Shown: positions 31,551-35,705 of the stretch, piece after piece
Position numbering within the stretch: the stretch's first letter is position 1
Layout: each line of letters begins with the position of its first letter
Assembly (NCBI GenBank): GCA_965603035.1
Contig: CBFDBL010000001.1
Location: 1-35,705 of the forward strand
Source: an uncultured bacterium
Lineage (GTDB): Bacteria > Planctomycetota > PUPC01 > DSUN01
Direction: 5' to 3'
Length of the DNA: 35,705 bases
Position numbers and translations under genes: made by a program
The notes under the pieces: model-generated
Database searches by the model: none
Told to the model about the DNA's origin: nothing
The model's input: the letters and a program-made list of their open reading frames with translations, nothing else

Positions 31551-32369
31551 ATGGGTCTTCGGATCAACACGAACGTGGCCGCCCTGATCGGCCAGCGGAA
31601 CATCGCTCGGACCGACCGCGCGCTGAACAAGTCGCTCGAGAGGCTGTCGTCTGGCTTGCGGATCAACCGGGCGGCGGACGACCCGGCGGGCCTCGCCATC
31701 GCTGAGCGTCAGCGGGCGCAGATCTCCGGTCTGAATCAGGCCATCGAGAACGCCGAGCGCGGCACCTCGCTGGTCCAGACGGCCGAGGCCGCTCTCGACG
31801 AGGTCGGCGCGCTGCTCGTGCACATGCGCGAGCTGGCCGTGGACGCGGCCAACGATGCCGTGCACGACGCCGACTCGCTGGCGGCCCTCCAGGCCGAGGT
31901 CACCGACGCGCTCGCCACGCTGGACCGCATTGCGGCCGACACGGCCTTCGGCCAGAAGGCGCTGCTCGACGGCACGGCGGTGGGCCTCGAGTTCCAGGTC
32001 GGCGCCGATTCCGGACAGGTCGTCTCGCTGGACCTGCCCGCCGTCGACTCCACAACGCTGGTCATCGACCTCATCGACGTCTCGGCCGACGCGGCCGCGG
32101 CCATCACGTCCCTCGACACCGCCATCGGCAGCATCGTCACCGCGCGCAACACCATCGGCTCGTTCCAGGCCAACACCCTGGAGAGCCAGGTGAACTACCT
32201 CCAGGCCGCCTCGGAGAACATGACGGCGGCTCGCTCCGTCATCATGGACGCCGACTTCGCCGTCGAGGTCGCCGAGTTCACCAAGCAGCAGATCCTGCTC
32301 CAGTCGGGCATGCAGGTGCTGTCCTCGGCGAACCAGCTCCCGTCGATGGTGCTCAGCCTGCTTGGCTGA
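31551..32369 (+). CDS. fliC: Flagellin (short, 272 aa, essentially D0/D1 only)
   Basis: Track ORF 31530..32369. The real start is ATG 31551 after AAGGAGG. The N-terminus is MGLRINTNVAALIGQRNIARTDRALNKSLERLSSGLRINRAADDPAGLAIAE. The C-terminus is DADFAVEVAEFTKQQILLQSGMQVLSSANQLPSMVLSLLG. Confidence 0.95.
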   Translation: MGLRINTNVAALIGQRNIARTDRALNKSLERLSSGLRINRAADDPAGLAIAERQRAQISGLNQAIENAERGTSLVQTAEAALDEVGALLVHMRELAVDAANDAVHDADSLAALQAEVTDALATLDRIAADTAFGQKALLDGTAVGLEFQVGADSGQVVSLDLPAVDSTTLVIDLIDVSADAAAAITSLDTAIGSIVTARNTIGSFQANTLESQVNYLQAASENMTAARSVIMDADFAVEVAEFTKQQILLQSGMQVLSSANQLPSMVLSLLG

Positions 32370-32408
32370 GGCCGACGCGGGTCTCACGATCCGATCGTGA
32401 CCGGCCTG

Positions 32409-32442
32409 CCACCGGGGCGCCCGTCCAGGGCGGCCCCGGTGG
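32409..32442 (+). terminator. Strong hairpin terminator downstream of fliC
   Basis: CCACCGGGGCGCCC-gtcca-GGGCGGCCCCGGTGG forms a stem of about 14 bp with one bulge. It is followed by cggccccTTTcc. It lies 40 nt after the fliC stop. Confidence 0.6.
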
Positions 32443-32487
32443 CGGCCCCTTTCCTGCCTCGACCTGGCGGAGGGAGGAGCGGCACAG

Positions 32488-32787
32488 GTGTCGCGCGATC
32501 ATACCGGCACGGGATTTGCACCTGAACCACTCGGCCACGGCGCCTACGCCGGATCCGGGAAGAAAGGCGCCGGCGAGGCGGTCATCCGTTCCGCTTGCGA
32601 GGTCCCGCGCTATGCCGCTCCGGTCTCTCTGTGCTTGCGCGTCCTGCCCGAGCGACGGGGCACCCGCTTCACCATCCAGATCCTCGACCTGGCGACGGGG
32701 CACGTGCTCGACGAGCGCGCGCCGCAGCGGCTCGCCGAGCTGCCCGCGACGCTCGCACGCCTCAGCCGCTGGGCCTTCTATCGCTGA
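32488..32787 (+). CDS. flaG: FlaG-family protein
   Basis: 99 aa. The C-terminal half, LRVLPERRGTRFTIQILDLATGHVLDERAPQRLAEL, fits the FlaG pattern (hydrophobic strand, D-x-x-T-G/E-V, short helix). Its position between fliC and fliD is canonical. The GTG start follows GGAGGGAGGAG. The N-terminal third has weaker codon bias, so the start is uncertain. Confidence 0.55.
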   Translation: MSRDHTGTGFAPEPLGHGAYAGSGKKGAGEAVIRSACEVPRYAAPVSLCLRVLPERRGTRFTIQILDLATGHVLDERAPQRLAELPATLARLSRWAFYR

Positions 32788-32861
32788 CGAGCCGGCCCTC
32801 CATCCGACGGCCTCCGCGCTGAGGCGGCCCTCGGGTGGCGGGCGGGAACAGGGAGCGTGAC

Positions 32862-35180
32862 ATGGCGGCACCGCTGTCGATCAACGGGCTGGCCTCGGGC
32901 CTCGACACCAGCTCGATCATCGACGCCATCATGGCCGTCGAGCGGCGCTCGGTCACCCTGCTCGAGGCGCGCCAGGCGCGGGTCAACAGCCAGCTCGCCG
33001 CCTTCCGCTCCCTCAACACCAAGCTCCTCGCCTTCCAGACCAGCGCCGGCGCCCTCGCCGGCTCGACGTCGTTCCGCGCGCGCTCGGTCGCGGTCAGCGA
33101 CGAGACCGTCCTGACCGCCACCGCGGCGAGCGGCGCCACCGCCGGCTCCTACGCCGTCTCGGTCCAGGCGCTCGCCCGCGCCCACCAGATCGCCTCCCAG
33201 GGCTACGCCGACGCCGACTCGACCACCCTCGGCACAGGCACCCTCCAGATCCAGATCGGCGACGGCGAGACCACGACCATCGACGTCACGAGCGTCAACA
33301 ACACCCTCGCCGGCCTGCGCGACGCCATCAACGTCGCCGACGCAGGCGTCACGGCCATGGTCATCAACGACGGCTCCGACGCCTTCGCCTACCGCCTGAT
33401 CCTGACGTCCGACGAGACCGGCCTCGACAACGCCATCTCCGTGACGTCCGACCTGGCCGGCGGCCTGGCGCCCGACTTCGCTGCCGCGTCGATCAGCGAC
33501 GCCGCGGCCGACAGCGGCAACGTCTACACGGGCACCGTGACGACCGGCGGCAGCTACACCGGCACGTCGAGCGCGAGCTATCTCGTCGAGGTCGTCGATG
33601 GCGGCGACCTCGCGTCCGCCACGTACCGCATCAGCGAGGACGGCGGCGAGACCTGGGGCTCGACGCTGTCGCTCGCCGGTGGGATGATCGACGTCTACGA
33701 CGACGTGAACGGCACGGATCTCGGCGTGGATGCGACGTTCGCGGCGGGGACCTTCGCCGCGGGCGACCGCTTCGTGATCGACGCGTTCGTGCCGACGGTG
33801 CAGGCCGCGGCCGACGCCGAGATCGCCATCGGCTCGGGCGACGGCCAGATCACGATCGCGTCGGCGTCGAACACGGTGACCGACCTGATCCCCGGCGTCA
33901 CCCTCAGCCTCGCCAAGGCCGACCCCGGCCAGGTCGTCGAGGTGGCCGTCGCCAACGACACGGCGACCGTGGTCGAGCAGGTGCAGGCCTTCGTGGACAG
34001 CTACAACGAGGTGGCGGCCTACATCCGCGAGCAGACCCGCTACGACGCCGAGACCGGGACGGCCGGCGTCCTGCTCGGCAACACCTCGGTCGTGCGGGTC
34101 CAGCAGGATCTCCGCGAGGCCATCCTCGGCGCCGTGCCGGGCCTCGCCGCGGGCAGCAACGGCCTGTTCGCCCTCGGCGTCTCGGTGTCCACCAGCGGGC
34201 AACTGGCGCTGGACACGGCCGAGCTGGAGGCCGCGCTGGCCGAGGACTTCGATGCCGTGGCGCGCATCTTCCAGGCCTCGGGCGACTCCACCCACGCGAA
34301 GATCCGCTTCACCCTCGCCGGCGCCGAGACCGTGCCCACCGCCGACGGCTACGCCGTCCACATCACCCAGGCCGCGCGGCGCGGCGAGCTCGTCGGCACC
34401 AGCATCAGCGACCCCGCCAACAGCCCGCTGACCATCGACGACAGCAACGACGAGCTGGTCCTGGCCATCAGCGGCACCGAGACCAGCACCCTGACGCTCG
34501 CGCACAAGACCTACACGTCGGGCGCCGAGTTGGCGAGCGAGGTCGCCGCCAGGATCGCCGCCTCCGAGGTGGCCGTCGGCAGCGTCGCGGTCGCCTGGGT
34601 GGACGCCGGGGCCACCGGGCACCTCGAGCTGCGCACCGAGGGCTACGGCGCCACCAAGTCGGTCGCGCTCGGCACGCCGCCGGCGAACAACGCCGCCCCG
34701 GCGCTCGGGCTGACCGGCGGCACGTCCACCGACGGGCAGGACGTGGCGGGCACCATCGACGGCTACGCCGCCGAGGGGGTCGGCCGCCTGCTCAAGGCCA
34801 CCGACGCCGACAGCGACGCGGCCGGGCTGTGGCTGTCGGTCACCCTCGAGGAAGGCGAGATCGGCGGCGGCGTGGACGCCACGGTCACCGTGGTCAAGGG
34901 CGTGGCCGCCCTCGCCGACGATCTGCTCGACTACCTCACCGACCCCATCGACGGGTACGTCAAGAGCAAGGAGGACCGCTACACGCGGCAGCTCGACACG
35001 TACGCCGCGCAGATCGAGCGCAAGGAGGAACTGCTGGCGAAGCGGCGCGAGCGCCTGGTCAGGCGGTTTGCAGCCCTCGAGCAGGCCATCAGCTCGCTCC
35101 AGACCCAGAACACGTTCCTCAGCACTCAGCTTTCCGCAATGCAGAACTTCCTTGCGGGCAACTCCAGCAGCCAGGGGTAG
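32862..35180 (+). CDS. fliD: Flagellar filament cap protein FliD (long form, 772 aa)
   Basis: Track ORF 32835..35180. I prefer ATG 32862 after AGGGAG. The N-terminus is MAAPLSINGLASGLDTSSIIDAIMAVERRSVTLLEARQARVNSQLAAFRSLNTKL. The C-terminal coiled coil is YTRQLDTYAAQIERKEELLAKRRERLVRRFAALEQAISSLQTQ. Confidence 0.95.
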   Translation: MAAPLSINGLASGLDTSSIIDAIMAVERRSVTLLEARQARVNSQLAAFRSLNTKLLAFQTSAGALAGSTSFRARSVAVSDETVLTATAASGATAGSYAVSVQALARAHQIASQGYADADSTTLGTGTLQIQIGDGETTTIDVTSVNNTLAGLRDAINVADAGVTAMVINDGSDAFAYRLILTSDETGLDNAISVTSDLAGGLAPDFAAASISDAAADSGNVYTGTVTTGGSYTGTSSASYLVEVVDGGDLASATYRISEDGGETWGSTLSLAGGMIDVYDDVNGTDLGVDATFAAGTFAAGDRFVIDAFVPTVQAAADAEIAIGSGDGQITIASASNTVTDLIPGVTLSLAKADPGQVVEVAVANDTATVVEQVQAFVDSYNEVAAYIREQTRYDAETGTAGVLLGNTSVVRVQQDLREAILGAVPGLAAGSNGLFALGVSVSTSGQLALDTAELEAALAEDFDAVARIFQASGDSTHAKIRFTLAGAETVPTADGYAVHITQAARRGELVGTSISDPANSPLTIDDSNDELVLAISGTETSTLTLAHKTYTSGAELASEVAARIAASEVAVGSVAVAWVDAGATGHLELRTEGYGATKSVALGTPPANNAAPALGLTGGTSTDGQDVAGTIDGYAAEGVGRLLKATDADSDAAGLWLSVTLEEGEIGGGVDATVTVVKGVAALADDLLDYLTDPIDGYVKSKEDRYTRQLDTYAAQIERKEELLAKRRERLVRRFAALEQAISSLQTQNTFLSTQLSAMQNFLAGNSSSQG

Positions 35181-35436
35181 GCCCGCCGCGCGAAATCACG
35201 GGGGGGGAAGGGACCGCCGTAACAGGAAAGACATTGGGCCAGGGCGTGTGGCTCAGCATGGCTCGATGGCGGCCTCCGACGAGGCTCAGGCCCCGCCGGA
35301 GGAACAAAGCGACGCCGGACGATCTCCCCCTTCCCCCGCCCATTTCCTTCGCCGCGGCTCGCCGCGGCACGGGCGCCCGACGCGCGGGCGCCCAGGACCC
35401 GACCGGGAGGCCACCGCGGAAGAGGCGACTGGCGCT

Positions 35437-35705
35437 ATGGACCTCCAGAAGGCGGCGCAAGCGTACCTGACGGCCGAGGTGGAGAGCTCCGACCCGCTCC
35501 ACCGCGTGACCCTGCTGCACGAGCGCGCCGTGCGCGCGCTGCGCCAGGCCATCCGCCACGTCCAGCACAGGGACGTCGAGGCCGCACACGCCGACTTCCT
35601 GAAGGCGCAGCAGATCGTCGCGCACCTGCTGGCCTCGATCCCCGACGACGACGACGGCGACCTCGCGGCCCACCTGCGCGGCCTCTTCACCTTCTGCTAC
35701 CGCCA
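35437..35705 (+). CDS. fliS: Flagellin-specific chaperone FliS (5' part; continues beyond the right window edge)
   Basis: Not in the ORF track because it runs off the edge. Hand translation from ATG 35437 gives MDLQKAAQAYLTAEVESSDPLHRVTLLHERAVRALRQAIRHVQHRDVEAAHADFLKAQQIVAHLLASIPDDDDGDLAAHLRGLFTFCYR, which matches the FliS helical-bundle pattern (AY...V.T.sP..L...LY...i..l..A; kaq.Ii.eL..sL). It follows fliD. Confidence 0.8.
   Translation, partial: MDLQKAAQAYLTAEVESSDPLHRVTLLHERAVRALRQAIRHVQHRDVEAAHADFLKAQQIVAHLLASIPDDDDGDLAAHLRGLFTFCYR

Noticed and set aside
35266-35436. Possible upstream in-frame ATG (35266) extending fliS by 57 aa
   Set aside because: The extension (MAASDEAQAPPEEQSDAGRSPPSP...) is low-complexity with no FliS similarity. 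The canonical FliS N-terminus begins at ATG 35437.
1-35705. Search for CRISPR arrays, tRNA/rRNA genes, transposase or integrase genes and defence-system signatures
   Set aside because: I found no spaced identical repeats, no cloverleaf-like or rRNA-like segments, and no DDE, tyrosine- or serine-recombinase or nuclease/helicase motif sets in any frame.

Overview
This is a very GC-rich bacterial window with G/C dominating codon position 3. That bias creates many long spurious shadow ORFs in the six-frame track, so I chose frames by protein motifs, SD-preceded starts and gene packing. There are two large blocks and no rRNA, tRNA or CRISPR.

(1) Positions 1-13951, all on the minus strand, form a tightly packed polysaccharide locus:
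- a small MerR/Xis-like HTH gene;
- a Wza-like export lipoprotein, a Wzz/GumC-type co-polymerase, an ExeA-like AAA ATPase and a BY-tyrosine kinase with a C-terminal Tyr cluster;
- an unusual HAD-hydrolase::YvcK/CofD fusion;
- a four-gene WbpA/WbpB/WbpD/WbpE-type cassette, the pathway to UDP-2,3-diacetamido-2,3-dideoxy-glucuronate;
- a tiny membrane protein, a two-domain SAM methyltransferase and a membrane-anchored sulfatase-like enzyme that runs off the left edge.

(2) Positions 14377-35705 are a flagellar supercluster:
- fliK-flgD-flgE (minus strand) behind a sigma-54-type promoter;
- a standalone FliN/FliY-like switch gene (minus strand) behind a second sigma-54-type promoter;
- a hypothetical gene with a consensus sigma-70 promoter;
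- flgF-flgG-flgA-flgH-flgI-flgJ(rod-binding only)-flgN-flgK-flgL-fliW-csrA (plus strand) behind a third sigma-54-type promoter;
- fliC-flaG-fliD-fliS, with a sigma-28-type promoter and a long GGA-rich leader on fliC.

The most notable non-obvious signals are:
- an orphan, near-consensus sigma-28 promoter that faces away from fliK into ORF-free DNA and then runs antisense to the switch gene;
- a two-gene HTH module on the opposite strand that separates csrA from fliC;
- four helically phased 10-bp repeats upstream of a paralogous small HTH gene;
- about eight decapeptide repeats in the FliK ruler;
- a textbook CsrA hairpin plus SD site in the fliC leader.

All functional calls rest on motif recognition by eye. 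No database or HMM search was possible.
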